39,588 nucleotides of DNA from a virus (IMGVR_UViG_3300037755_000237:1-39588), one strand, 5' to 3'. Shown: positions 1-8,837, counted from the first letter of the stretch. Program-made: numbers and translations. Notes: a model not told the origin generated them from the letters alone.

Positions 1-374
1 ACGCCCTCCGTGGACTCCGGTGTGGCGTCGGGCTCGTTTTCCCAAGGAACTCGGCTGGAGAACGCCTCGACCGCAATATCAAGCGTTCTTATGGCTTCCG
101 CAGACTGATCCTCGTAGGCGACGATGCGAGCGGCGATAACCAAGTCGACAACATCTTGCGGCAGACGCTTGCGCCTATCCGTCACGGCAACGGCTATTTC
201 GTAGTGATGCCTAGCTGTCGTCTTTGGTTTTCTGATCGTGCGCCCGTCGCATAGGTCTTCTATGATGCGCTGTAGGTCGATGCTGTAATCCGACCATTTT
301 TCCAGCTCGCCTCTGACCTTTTCAGGCTCGCCGATATGCTGCTCGTCAACCGTCTTATCTTCGCGCGCGGTCAT
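1..374 (-). CDS. Leftward early hypothetical protein (runs off window edge)
   Basis: Own translation MTAREDKTVDEQHIG...PESTEG from the ATGA overlap at 371-374; open to position 1. Confidence 0.55.
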   Translation of the reverse strand, partial: MTAREDKTVDEQHIGEPEKVRGELEKWSDYSIDLQRIIEDLCDGRTIRKPKTTARHHYEIAVAVTDRRKRLPQDVVDLVIAARIVAYEDQSAEAIRTLDIAVEAFSSRVPWENEPDATPESTEG

Positions 375-691
375 GGCGTGGACTCCGCACGTAGGGAAAT
401 TGACAGCGACTTGACGAATTCGCGTGCTCGCAACAATGCTTCGCTGTCGGGTACGAAGTTTGGGTCATCATCAATCCGGGCGATCAGATCGGATATGATG
501 GTGCGCGCGTCGATGGCTTCTTGCGCTATGATGCAGAGCGCCATCATCATGTCGGAGTCAGACTGAACTTTTCGTTTTCCGAATTGGATCGCCATGTCGG
601 TAAGCCCGACGACTTCGCCGAGACCTCCCGTCAGCAAATACCGCCGCGCTTCATCGAAGTTTGGTTCCCAGTTATCGGTAATTGTCACCAT
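371..691 (-). CDS. Hypothetical phage protein
   Basis: ORF 371..742; ATG at 691 preceded by AGGAG. Confidence 0.6.
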   Translation of the reverse strand: MVTITDNWEPNFDEARRYLLTGGLGEVVGLTDMAIQFGKRKVQSDSDMMMALCIIAQEAIDARTIISDLIARIDDDPNFVPDSEALLRAREFVKSLSISLRAESTP

Positions 692-805
692 CTCGCGTCT
701 CCTATTGCAGCCGGATAAGCATCTCAGCCGCGCACATGGCACCGAACGCCGCGATAAACCCGCCGACGCAAAGGCCGTAAAAGCCGTGGATGATGTCGGT
801 CGTGG

Positions 806-1129
806 TCATGACAGCCCCTTGATGCGATCAAGCCGTTCAATTTCTGCTATGATGAGCGCGGCGGCGCGAACGAGGTCACGGCGCGGGTTTTTGGGCTTCC
901 ACCACTCCCGGTCCCACGGCCATTCGCAGGGGACCGCTTTGATCCGATAGTTGATGCCAAATTCATCCGCGTCACGAAACTTTGCGGAGTGGATTGCATA
1001 AGCCGAAGCCGCTAACGCCATTTCGCCCTTGTCGTGACAATCATCATGCTCGACCGCCCAGCCTTCGACTTCGATCTGTCGGCGGCGCTCGGCAAGAACG
1101 TCTGTTTCGGCTTTTGTCAGTTCGCTCAT
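806..1129 (-). CDS. Conserved phage hypothetical protein (ERRRQ...GW...EHDD / WPW...WWKP...RRDLVRAAALIIAEIERLDR family)
   Basis: Motif pattern common in phage early regions; AAGGAG before ATG 1129. Confidence 0.75.
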   Translation of the reverse strand: MSELTKAETDVLAERRRQIEVEGWAVEHDDCHDKGEMALAASAYAIHSAKFRDADEFGINYRIKAVPCEWPWDREWWKPKNPRRDLVRAAALIIAEIERLDRIKGLS

Positions 1130-1234
1130 GTCCGCTCCTTCACAAAAACATCGCGGCCAGCGCATAGCCGCCGGTAAAACCAAACGCGCCAGAAATGAGA
1201 AACCCGGACAGGCGGTCGGTGAACGGGGTCATGG

Positions 1235-1579
1235 CTATGCGGCTTTCACGTTGTCGCCGAGGATTTCATCAACGGCGGCGGCAATATTTGATTTCAGGGT
1301 GAGGTGGCCGGCGCGCTCCAATTGCTCCGCGACATGAAAGCGGATGTAGCAATAGTCGGGCTGGTTATGATCTGAGGCCCGACCGTAGAGCGAGCGGATC
1401 AGGCGCTCCTGAACCTCACACATCCGGTTCCAGTCATCGTCGTTCCACTTGGACCGACCGGCGGCGCGCATGTGCATGTCGCCAGCGTCCTGAGCCGAGG
1501 CGCGGATGAAAGAGGGAAGTGGGTTGAGACCGTTCGGCATCGGGTTCTCCTTTGCGGACAGGCGGTCGAGAGCGGTCAT
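1235..1579 (-). CDS. Hypothetical phage protein
   Basis: ORF 1235..1717; start at ATGA overlap 1579 (alternative 1540). Confidence 0.6.
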   Translation of the reverse strand: MTALDRLSAKENPMPNGLNPLPSFIRASAQDAGDMHMRAAGRSKWNDDDWNRMCEVQERLIRSLYGRASDHNQPDYCYIRFHVAEQLERAGHLTLKSNIAAAVDEILGDNVKAA

Positions 1580-1758
1580 GGGGTGGAGCCCGCGCGCGAC
1601 TTGTCTTGGTTGAGCCAGCGCTCGACGATTTGCCACGCCTCTTCGGCATCGCGTCGCCAGCAATCCCGCAGCACCTCGTCCTTTGACCGATCGGCCATTT
1701 CGTGGCACCGCTCCCATGCGAGAACGGCGGTGAGCGCGCGGGCGTCAGATATGCTCAT
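1576..1758 (-). CDS. Small hypothetical phage protein
   Basis: MSISDARALTAV...; AGGA upstream; coupled to neighbours. Confidence 0.5.
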   Translation of the reverse strand: MSISDARALTAVLAWERCHEMADRSKDEVLRDCWRRDAEEAWQIVERWLNQDKSRAGSTP

Positions 1759-1760
1759 CG

Positions 1761-1928
1761 CTAGAGCCCGTGTTCCTGCCGGAAGGCGTATTCCGCGTCC
1801 GCCATCGCGCACCAAGCGAGATAGTTCTTGCCCTCCTCGCCAAAGACCGTGCGGGCATCCTCTTCCGAGCCGCGCATCATTTTCCGCCAAGCCCTGGCTT
1901 CCGCCTTCATCAGTTCCTTGAGGGTCAT
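1761..1928 (-). CDS. First gene of leftward early operon, hypothetical
   Basis: MTLKELMKAEARAW...; GGAG upstream; directly downstream of PL. Confidence 0.55.
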   Translation of the reverse strand: MTLKELMKAEARAWRKMMRGSEEDARTVFGEEGKNYLAWCAMADAEYAFRQEHGL

Positions 1929-1956
1929 CGGGTCGCTCCATTCGTTCAATGGAGAC

Positions 1957-2002
1957 ACCATAGCGTTAATCGCTACGCGGTGTCAATGCGAAAAACGCCA
2001 TG
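1957..2002 (-). promoter_or_regulatory. PL promoter with operators OL1 (1959-1977) and OL2 (1984-2002)
   Basis: Minus-strand TTGACA (1986-1981)-N18-TATGGT; CATAGCGTTAATCGCTACG and CAATGCGAAAAACGCCATG resemble the perfect palindrome at 2797-2815. Confidence 0.75.
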
Positions 2003-2054
2003 CCCTGTGCAAAAATTGCCAAAGCATTGCGATTGTTAAAAAATCAAGACGGTT

Positions 2055-2753
2055 TTAAATGTCGCGAACGACCTTGACGACGCGGCCGATCACTTCGACC
2101 TCAAGGCCGCCGTCCGTGGTGGCCTCAATCGGCACGACAATCCGCTTGTGACGCGGATTCGAGCTAACTGGCACGAACTCAACCCTATCCGGGTGGACCT
2201 CCACACGCTTTACGGTGCGCTCCCGTTCGGCTCCGTCGATCCGGCGCTCAACAACCACTACCTGACCGTTTTCTGGCTGCCAGCCGCCGTCCTGAGTGTC
2301 GAGGGAGACGACAAAATCACCGTCAATGATGCCGGCGCGGTCCATTGAATCGCCGCGCACCAGCCAGCCATGATAGCTGGACAGGGCGGCGTTGCAACGC
2401 ATTGGAATAATTACAGATTTTGGTAAGCCCGCTTCAATATCGTCTTCTATTGGACGGAAATGGCCTGCCTCAAGCGTTCCCCGCATCATTACCTCCACAA
2501 CATTTATATCTTCGACGGTTTCTCCCATTATGGTTGTTGAATGCCGGTCGGCGGGCGGGATGGATATCCCCAGGTATTTAGCAATGACGGGCAGCTCGTC
2601 GGCCTGAATTTTTCTGGTGCCCTGTTTCATGCGTGAAATGGCGGTCGGGTCGAGGCCAAGAGCCGCAGCCAACCCGCGCTGCGACTTGTCCGTATTCGCC
2701 AAGCCTTCAATTAACCATTTCCTATACATGGCCCTGTTTTGCCAAACTCCCAT
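2055..2753 (-). CDS. cI: CI-like repressor (N-terminal HTH plus S24 peptidase domain)
   Basis: HTH SQRGLAAALGLDPTAISRM; S24 motif VRGDSM...TVKR; divergent from cro; start 2753 if leaderless, otherwise 2729. Confidence 0.9.
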   Translation of the reverse strand: MGVWQNRAMYRKWLIEGLANTDKSQRGLAAALGLDPTAISRMKQGTRKIQADELPVIAKYLGISIPPADRHSTTIMGETVEDINVVEVMMRGTLEAGHFRPIEDDIEAGLPKSVIIPMRCNAALSSYHGWLVRGDSMDRAGIIDGDFVVSLDTQDGGWQPENGQVVVVERRIDGAERERTVKRVEVHPDRVEFVPVSSNPRHKRIVVPIEATTDGGLEVEVIGRVVKVVRDI

Positions 2754-2760
2754 ACGCAGG

Positions 2761-2817
2761 ACCATAGCCATTAACGCATTTTGAGGCTTGACAGTCCATA
2801 GCGATTATCGCTATGCT
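2761..2817. promoter_or_regulatory. OR region: PR, PRM and operators OR1 (2797-2815) and OR2 (2763-2781)
   Basis: Perfect 19-bp palindrome CATAGCGAT-T-ATCGCTATG between TTGACA (2788) and TATGCT (2812); minus-strand TATGGT (2766-2761) lies 7 nt before the cI ATG. Confidence 0.8.
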
Positions 2818-2824
2818 GACTTTC

Positions 2825-3067
2825 ATGCAATTGGACCCCGCAAAATCTGTCATCGAAAAATTCGGAGGCCCGGCGGCCGTAGCGGCAATTACCGGGCGGC
2901 ATGTAACCCGCGTCTATCGCTGGATGCGGGCGCGGGAAGATGGCGGCACTGGCGGTCTGATCCCCAACAAAGAGGCTTTGAAGCTTCTCGCTGCCGCGCC
3001 TGACAAGGGCGTCGACCTTACGCCGGCCGATCTGTTCGACATGCCAGAGCAGGAGCCGGCCCAATGA
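2825..3067 (+). CDS. cro: Cro-like HTH regulator
   Basis: IEKFGGPAAVAAITGRHVTRVYRW...GGTGGLIP; divergent from cI. Confidence 0.85.
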   Translation: MQLDPAKSVIEKFGGPAAVAAITGRHVTRVYRWMRAREDGGTGGLIPNKEALKLLAAAPDKGVDLTPADLFDMPEQEPAQ

Positions 3068-3347
3068 ATGCGACCCGGCCCGCAGTTTCCCTTGCAAGAG
3101 AAAGGACAGTTCCAGTTTTGGGTGTCCGCACACTCCAAGCGAGCGGGTCGCACACTAACGAGCTTGCCCGAGGGCCACTTTTGGGCGGGGGGCTGGCAGA
3201 TCGGCAATGCGGCGTACTCAAGACGGGGCCGTATCTGTCAGCCACACTACCCGACTAAGCCATTGAAGGGCAACCCGTAAAAGTACCAAGCGCGTTCGAT
3301 GCCGGCACGACATGGCCGGCGGGATATTTCGACGGGGAGGCCCCGCC

Positions 3348-3632
3348 GTGTTTCACGTTGGACAGATCGTCGCCTGCATTTACGACGGTCGCGAGCACTT
3401 CAGCGATTCACCGCTGCTCAAGGGCACCGTCTACACGATCCGCGATATCAAAACGTCGATGTGGCGCGGCGAGCCGGCAGACGCACTTTGGTTTGTCGAA
3501 GTGGAACCGCCGATGGGCTGGTTTGGTTTTGCCGGACCGTGCTTCCGCCCGCTCAAAGACACCGCTCTTGAAGTCTTCCGCCAGATAGCCATTGCGCCTC
3601 GCAAGCCCATTCGGGTTTCGGAGGACGCATGA
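3348..3632 (+). CDS. Hypothetical phage protein (MFHVGQIVAC...)
   Basis: GTG start with GGAGG; ATGA-coupled to next ORF. Confidence 0.65.
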   Translation: MFHVGQIVACIYDGREHFSDSPLLKGTVYTIRDIKTSMWRGEPADALWFVEVEPPMGWFGFAGPCFRPLKDTALEVFRQIAIAPRKPIRVSEDA

Positions 3633-3871
3633 AGAACGACCTTCCGACCGCCGAAGAACGCGCCCGTCTTGGTTTGCCGAGCGACGAAATCATGCGGCAG
3701 ATGTCAAAGCTGGCACTGGAAACCGCGACTGAATTCTTCGCGAAGCAAGCCGAAGAATTTGCGTCGAATCTTCCACCAAGAATTTCAGCGTCGCAAGCCC
3801 TGAAAGCATTTGCCGCCGCTATCCGCAGCACAAATGCGAAACAATTTCCGAAGGGGCCGGTGTCCGCATGA
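3629..3871 (+). CDS. Hypothetical phage protein
   Basis: ATGA-coupled ORF with GGAGG. Confidence 0.6.
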   Translation: MKNDLPTAEERARLGLPSDEIMRQMSKLALETATEFFAKQAEEFASNLPPRISASQALKAFAAAIRSTNAKQFPKGPVSA

Positions 3872-3959
3872 AGGTCCTCTTCGCCTGCGACCCCAGCTAT
3901 GCCGCCGCCATTGGTTACATCCTCGGCGTGCTGACCGCTATTGGCTTCGCGAGGCTGGT

Positions 3960-4127
3960 ATGACGGTGCCAGCCGCAAAACTCAATTCAAAGATCGTCCT
4001 GTGGGCCGGCGAATACCTACTCACGGTCGCTTGGGATGGCTGCGTGTATGTCTGGACGGCGCAAAGGTGGCGCGGGCCATTTCAAACGCTAGGTGAAGCC
4101 GAGTCGATAGCGGCGGGGCTGTCATGA
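3960..4127 (+). CDS. Small hypothetical protein
   Basis: MTVPAAKLNSK...; GAGG upstream; ATGA-coupled. Confidence 0.5.
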   Translation: MTVPAAKLNSKIVLWAGEYLLTVAWDGCVYVWTAQRWRGPFQTLGEAESIAAGLS

Positions 4128-4378
4128 CCCGCCTCGTTTACTCCGAATGCGGCAAGACGCGGCAATGGCTGTTCGTTATGCCGTTCGGAACATATCGCCT
4201 GACTATCGACGATATCGGCTGGCGGTTCCGGCGCGCACGGGAAGAGTCCACGCAGGAAATTCTAACATACCTGCAACCGTTCACCGAACCCTACTCGGCA
4301 ATTTTCATGCGTCTTGAGGCCGACGAACTGCGCGAAGGCGTTGAACGAATTTCATACGCAAAAGAGGTGGTTTTATGA
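4124..4378 (+). CDS. Hypothetical protein
   Basis: ATGA-coupled ORF in operon. Confidence 0.55.
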   Translation: MTRLVYSECGKTRQWLFVMPFGTYRLTIDDIGWRFRRAREESTQEILTYLQPFTEPYSAIFMRLEADELREGVERISYAKEVVL

Positions 4379-4755
4379 ACACGCTGTCGTGTCTGCTCTA
4401 CGCGGCCGATGTCATTCCAAACGTCGGTACAGCGTTTGTAATGTTTGCAATTGCCACGTTCTTTGCAATTGGAGGCGGAGTCTTAGCTGGCGGGTTGATG
4501 CGTGATTACAAGAGCCATGATTCCGAAGAATGGAAAACTGGTGTCGCGCTCCAAAAAAAGAGTTTGAAGTTTATTTGGGTTATTCCCGTCTGCATACTGA
4601 TTGCCGTCGTTATCCCCGGCAAGTCCACAATCTACATGATCGCCGCCTCTGAAATGGGCGAGACGGTCGTCACCAATCCCGAAGTCAAAGAAATTTTCGA
4701 CGCCATGAAGGCGAAGGTCAAAGAGTACCTCGCCGTCGAGGAGTCGGACAAGTGA
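4375..4755 (+). CDS. Phage membrane protein (two TM segments)
   Basis: Two hydrophobic helices followed by PGKSTIYMIAASEMGE. Confidence 0.7.
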   Translation: MNTLSCLLYAADVIPNVGTAFVMFAIATFFAIGGGVLAGGLMRDYKSHDSEEWKTGVALQKKSLKFIWVIPVCILIAVVIPGKSTIYMIAASEMGETVVTNPEVKEIFDAMKAKVKEYLAVEESDK

Positions 4756-4902
4756 ACACACACTCTGCAAAAGAGTGTGGAGCTGCCGGGGGGGGTGGGC
4801 GTCTCAACCCTCCCCAATCAGTACCCAGGTCCACGCCCGGCAGCGCTTATTCCAACCCCGCGACAAGCGTTTCAATTCCTCCCCAGGAACGTCGCGGCCA
4901 AC

Positions 4903-4938
4903 TGCTGGCGGGCGCAAATGCCCGTCAGCATATTTATT
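4903..4938 (+). terminator. Intrinsic terminator-like hairpin upstream of the methyltransferase
   Basis: TGCTGGCGGGCG-CAAA-TGCCCGTCAGCA followed by TATTTATT. Confidence 0.5.
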
Positions 4939-4948
4939 GAGGTGACGA

Positions 4949-5974
4949 GTGGCTGAAACACCAAGCACCGTACACGGTCGTTTATTGGAGTCGGCCCATA
5001 TCGCTGGCTATACTTTCAAGCGAGCGTGGGACGAGTTGAAATGGTTGCTCCTAGAGGACCGTTGGAAGGAACTTGGGTTTGCAGATGGTGCGGCTTTTGC
5101 TGAGAGTATCTACGGGCTCTTTTCTGAGTTTAAAGGGACCGTCGAGCAACGCAAGGAGGTAGCAAGTTCTCTTGCGGGAATTGCTAGCCAACGTGCAATT
5201 GCAAAGGTGCTTGGTGTTGGCAAGGATACTGTTGGACGCGCACTTGGCGTCCGTGGCGCAAATGCGCCAGAGCCACAGGAAGAACCGACAGGGGACAAGG
5301 AGTCTACGGAACACGTTGGCGCAAATGCGCCGGCTGCCTTTCAGCGCGACGTTGATCCCTATGCGCTTGCGAAGAAGCAGGAGAAGCAGGAACAGCGACG
5401 TGAAGAACGGTTAGATAATATTGCCGAGATTTCCAAGGGCAACCGCGACCTCGGAACGACGACTCGTTATCCGATTATCTACGCGGACCCTCCGTGGCGC
5501 TACGAGAATCCGCCGATAGGCGCGTCAAACCGTTCTATCGAAAACCACTATCCGACAATGACGCTGGATGAGATTTGCGCGCTGCCGGTGAGCAACCTCG
5601 CGACCGACGACGCGCTGCTCTACCTCTGGGCGACCGCTCCCAAACTAGCCGAGTGCATGAAGGTCATTGAAGCCTGGGGCTTCGACTATCGCACCAATAT
5701 GGTTTGGGACAAGGAAGTGATTGGCATGGGCTACCATGCCCGCAACCAGCACGAAATTTTGCTTATAGCGAAGCGCGGCGAGATACCACCACCTGCCGCT
5801 GGCACGCAACCGTCGTCGGTTCACCGCGAGAAGCGGACCGACCATAGCGTCAAGCCGATTTTCTATCTGGAAATGATAGAGCGGGCTTATCCGCAGCTTC
5901 CGAAAATTGAACTGTTCGCGAGAGCGGACCGCGCCGGCTGGGCCTCATGGGGGAATCAGGTCGAAGCGGCATGA
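4949..5974 (+). CDS. MT-A70-family N6-adenine DNA methyltransferase with N-terminal HTH-like region
   Basis: IIYADPPWRY, HYPTM, LYLWAT, HEILLIAKRG, HSVKP, KIELFAR; SQRAIAKVLGVGKDTVGRAL. Confidence 0.9.
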   Translation: MAETPSTVHGRLLESAHIAGYTFKRAWDELKWLLLEDRWKELGFADGAAFAESIYGLFSEFKGTVEQRKEVASSLAGIASQRAIAKVLGVGKDTVGRALGVRGANAPEPQEEPTGDKESTEHVGANAPAAFQRDVDPYALAKKQEKQEQRREERLDNIAEISKGNRDLGTTTRYPIIYADPPWRYENPPIGASNRSIENHYPTMTLDEICALPVSNLATDDALLYLWATAPKLAECMKVIEAWGFDYRTNMVWDKEVIGMGYHARNQHEILLIAKRGEIPPPAAGTQPSSVHREKRTDHSVKPIFYLEMIERAYPQLPKIELFARADRAGWASWGNQVEAA

Positions 5975-6495
5975 CAACGGTTCACGACTTCCACGAATCT
6001 CTTGAACGGTCGCAAGGCTATGCCGATGCGCCGTGGTGGTTCGACGTGTACCGCGAAGCCTTTCCCAATTTGCGTACCGCTGTGAACGTCAGGGACGACG
6101 GCTGGGCGCAACGCGGCGGCATTGACCGGGTTATCACGCTTGCCAGCGGCAAGACGCTAACGGTTGACGAGAAGGTCCGTGAAGAGGACTGGCCGGATAT
6201 CCTCCTCGAATACTGGAGCGACCGCGACCGCAAGATTCCGGGCTGGGTCGCCAAAGACCTTGCCTGCGATTTTATCGCCTATGCGTTTGTGCCTTCGCAG
6301 ACCTGTCACCTGTTGCCGTTTCTGACGTTGCGCCGCGCTTGGCAAATAAACGGCCGCGAGTGGGTGAAGAAATACAAGAAGGTCGAGGCGCAGAACAAAG
6401 GCTACGTCACCGTATCGGTCGCGGTTCCGACCAAACTTCTCATGTCGTCATTGACCGCAGCCATGACAGTTTCGTGGGCGAGCGAGGCCGCATGA
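5971..6495 (+). CDS. Putative PD-(D/E)XK restriction-endonuclease-like protein
   Basis: QRGGID...TVDEKVR catalytic-type spacing; ATGA-coupled to the MTase. Confidence 0.65.
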   Translation: MTTVHDFHESLERSQGYADAPWWFDVYREAFPNLRTAVNVRDDGWAQRGGIDRVITLASGKTLTVDEKVREEDWPDILLEYWSDRDRKIPGWVAKDLACDFIAYAFVPSQTCHLLPFLTLRRAWQINGREWVKKYKKVEAQNKGYVTVSVAVPTKLLMSSLTAAMTVSWASEAA

Positions 6496-6833
6496 CCGAG
6501 TTCGACATCCAGAAAGCCGTTGTCGGCCATCTGCAAGCCCGCGCACGGCCAAACGTGTTCTGGTGTTCCATTCCCAACAATCCGCGCTCCAAGGTCTCTG
6601 GTGCCCGTCTTAAGGCGGCCGGGATGCGAAGCGGCGCGCCGGACTTATTGCTGGTCCTTTCTGGTCGCGCTTACGGACTCGAATTGAAAACTGATCGTGG
6701 CAGACAGTCACCGGCTCAAAAGGAAGTTGAAACCCAATGGGAGGACGCCGGCGGGGATTACTTCGTGGCGCGCGGCCTCGATGAAGCGCTCGATATTTTG
6801 GAACTGATAGGGGCGTTGAGGGGGGCACCATGA
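6492..6833 (+). CDS. VRR-NUC domain nuclease (Holliday-junction resolvase-like)
   Basis: EFDIQ...GAPDLLL...LELKTDRGRQSPAQ. Confidence 0.85.
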   Translation: MTEFDIQKAVVGHLQARARPNVFWCSIPNNPRSKVSGARLKAAGMRSGAPDLLLVLSGRAYGLELKTDRGRQSPAQKEVETQWEDAGGDYFVARGLDEALDILELIGALRGAP

Positions 6834-7582
6834 ACATTACCGATTTTTCGCCAGACTGGCGGACGCGCAAACGTGAAAAGGACCGCGTCCGCAGCCAACA
6901 GAACCGGGCACGGGATAGGGAACTTCGTTCTGCCGGCGTCAAGGTAGCGCCGCGTAGGACAGGAGACGGAGACCTAAGCGACTTTCAAGCCGCGACCCGA
7001 GAAGCCAATGTGCAGGTGTCGCAGCGGATGCTGGCGCTGCTCATCAAACATCATGGGGATAGCCCGCCCGATTTGTCGGCGCGCCTGGCCGTCGAGAAAA
7101 TCCGCGAGCAGTGTTTCAAGCCAAGGATCATGCGTAAGGCAAAATCGAACGACCGGCCGGTATCGCTGGTTTGCTACGAGGTTCAGGAGGCGGAAACCGA
7201 ACGCCTGTTGCAAGAGGCGGTCGAGAAAGAACTGACGAATTCGAGAAATGCGCAACGGCAGAAGATCATTGCACGGATAGAGCGGGCGCGCGAGGTGGCG
7301 AAAGTTTACCTGAAAAAAAATATGCTGGATATCGCTGAAGATGTCGCCCGGAAACACGGCGTGACCGTCAACGACCTGACCGGCAAAGAGCGCAAATTCA
7401 ACCTTGCCCGGCGCGAGGCTATCTGGAGGTGCCTAAAGGAAACCGGCCAGTCGTCGGTGCGGGTCGGCTGGTTCTTCAACAGGGACCATTCGACAATTCT
7501 CTATGCCGTCAATGCTTTCAACAGGAGCTGTGGAAATGGCTTTTCCACTCCCCTTGCACATTCTCCGCAACGGGAACAGTAG
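6830..7582 (+). CDS. Protein with DnaA C-terminal-type HTH domain
   Basis: VARKHGVTVNDLTG...ARREAIW...FNRDHSTILYAV. Confidence 0.8.
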   Translation: MNITDFSPDWRTRKREKDRVRSQQNRARDRELRSAGVKVAPRRTGDGDLSDFQAATREANVQVSQRMLALLIKHHGDSPPDLSARLAVEKIREQCFKPRIMRKAKSNDRPVSLVCYEVQEAETERLLQEAVEKELTNSRNAQRQKIIARIERAREVAKVYLKKNMLDIAEDVARKHGVTVNDLTGKERKFNLARREAIWRCLKETGQSSVRVGWFFNRDHSTILYAVNAFNRSCGNGFSTPLAHSPQREQ

Positions 7583-7589
7583 AATAGAG

Positions 7590-8462
7590 ATGGCACGAAT
7601 TCGCACAATCAAGCCTGGGTTTTTCAGGCACCGTCAACTTTATTTGGCTGAGAAAGAAACCAGCCTCCCGCTGCGTATTGCGTTTGCCGGGTTATGGACA
7701 GTTGCCGACCGCGAGGGCCGGTTCAAATGGGAGCCGGAAGAACTCAGGCTCGACTGCCTGCCTTACGATGATGTCGACTTTTCCGCAGTCATGGATGCTC
7801 TGGCCGATAATGGGTTCATTGCACGGTATGAGCATAGCGGCGACCAGTACGGTCATATTCCAAAATGGTTGAAGCATCAACACGTTAATCAACGCGAAAC
7901 CGAGTCTGATATTCCTGCACCCGATGAGGATGGTGCACGCACGTGCAATAACATTCCTGCACGTGGGGAAGGGAAGGGAAGGGAACAGGAAGGGAAGGGA
8001 ACGGAGTCGCGCGCGAGTGAAATTCTTGCACCGAACGAATTCGACCTTCTCGAAAGCCAATTGCGTGAAGCCGCAGGGCAAGAGGAAAACCCAAACATCG
8101 GCATGAAAGACCTGTCGCCGATGATCGGCCTGATCGACGCCGGCTATGATCTGCACCGCGACATTCTGCCGAAACTTCGCGCCAGCAAGGCGTCTGGGAA
8201 AGCCCCCAATTCCTGGCGCTACTATGTCAAGGGCATCGAAGAATCTAAACAGGCCAACGCGGCTATTAAACCGCTTGCCAAGGTGGTTGCGCCAGTCGAG
8301 TGGATTCCTTGTGTCGACTCACGCTGGACGGCATTGGCGGAACGTTACCGTGCCGAGCATGGCCGCAGCCCGCCAACCACCTCTGGTGCCAACGGCATGG
8401 GCCGACATTTCCCGGCCGAATGGATAGCCCAGCCCGAACCAATGGAGGCTACGACGCAATGA
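7590..8462 (+). CDS. Phage replication initiator (replisome organizer-like)
   Basis: MARIRTIKPGFF...GLWTVADREGRF...W.KHQ; GEGKGREQEGKG linker; position after early genes. Confidence 0.8.
   Translation: MARIRTIKPGFFRHRQLYLAEKETSLPLRIAFAGLWTVADREGRFKWEPEELRLDCLPYDDVDFSAVMDALADNGFIARYEHSGDQYGHIPKWLKHQHVNQRETESDIPAPDEDGARTCNNIPARGEGKGREQEGKGTESRASEILAPNEFDLLESQLREAAGQEENPNIGMKDLSPMIGLIDAGYDLHRDILPKLRASKASGKAPNSWRYYVKGIEESKQANAAIKPLAKVVAPVEWIPCVDSRWTALAERYRAEHGRSPPTTSGANGMGRHFPAEWIAQPEPMEATTQ
7911..8031. other. Putative replication origin inside the initiator gene
   Basis: ATTC(C/T)TGCAC at 7911, 7953 and 8022, extra TGCAC copies, and a strand-biased GGGAA-repeat purine tract at about 7965-8001. 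Confidence 0.45.
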
Positions 8463-8641
8463 CCGACACCCCCACGGCCAAGCTGGTGAGCGCGCTGCGA
8501 CGGCGAGCCGAGGAAATGCGCGGCGTTAACAACCCGTATTATTTGCAAGCCGAGACGGACTCCAAAATTGCGATAGCGCGTGAATTTGCGGCCCTCGCCG
8601 ACGAACTAGAGGCACCGGAGGCAACAGACGGTGACGCTTAA
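8459..8641 (+). CDS. Small hypothetical protein
   Basis: ATGA-coupled, GGAGG upstream. Confidence 0.55.
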   Translation: MTDTPTAKLVSALRRRAEEMRGVNNPYYLQAETDSKIAIAREFAALADELEAPEATDGDA

Positions 8642-8837
8642 GCCACCCAGCAAGTTCGACATACCGTTCGGGCTTGGCGACACGGTTATAGTCGACGGCG
8701 ACGGTTCGCTGCACATGAGGGTGACGGCGCTTTGCTGGCGGGCCACCATGCCGGAAGTCGAGGTTTCATGGATGCACAACGGATCGATGAATTCTAGCTG
8801 GGTGCCGCCGTGGCGGCTGTCCCTAGAGGCACCGGAG
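8606..8837 (+). repeat. Direct repeat CTAGAGGCACCGGAG (8606-8620, 8823-8837)
   Basis: Exact 15-nt match; both copies encode LEAPE and contain the GGAG RBS of the next gene. Confidence 0.85.

Noticed and set aside
3064-3300. cII-like gene after cro
   Set aside because: Short overlapping ORFs with no recognisable HTH or RBS; left uncalled
7313-7320. A8 run as a programmed frameshift or phase-variation site
   Set aside because: The ORF is intact through it and no useful alternative frame was evident
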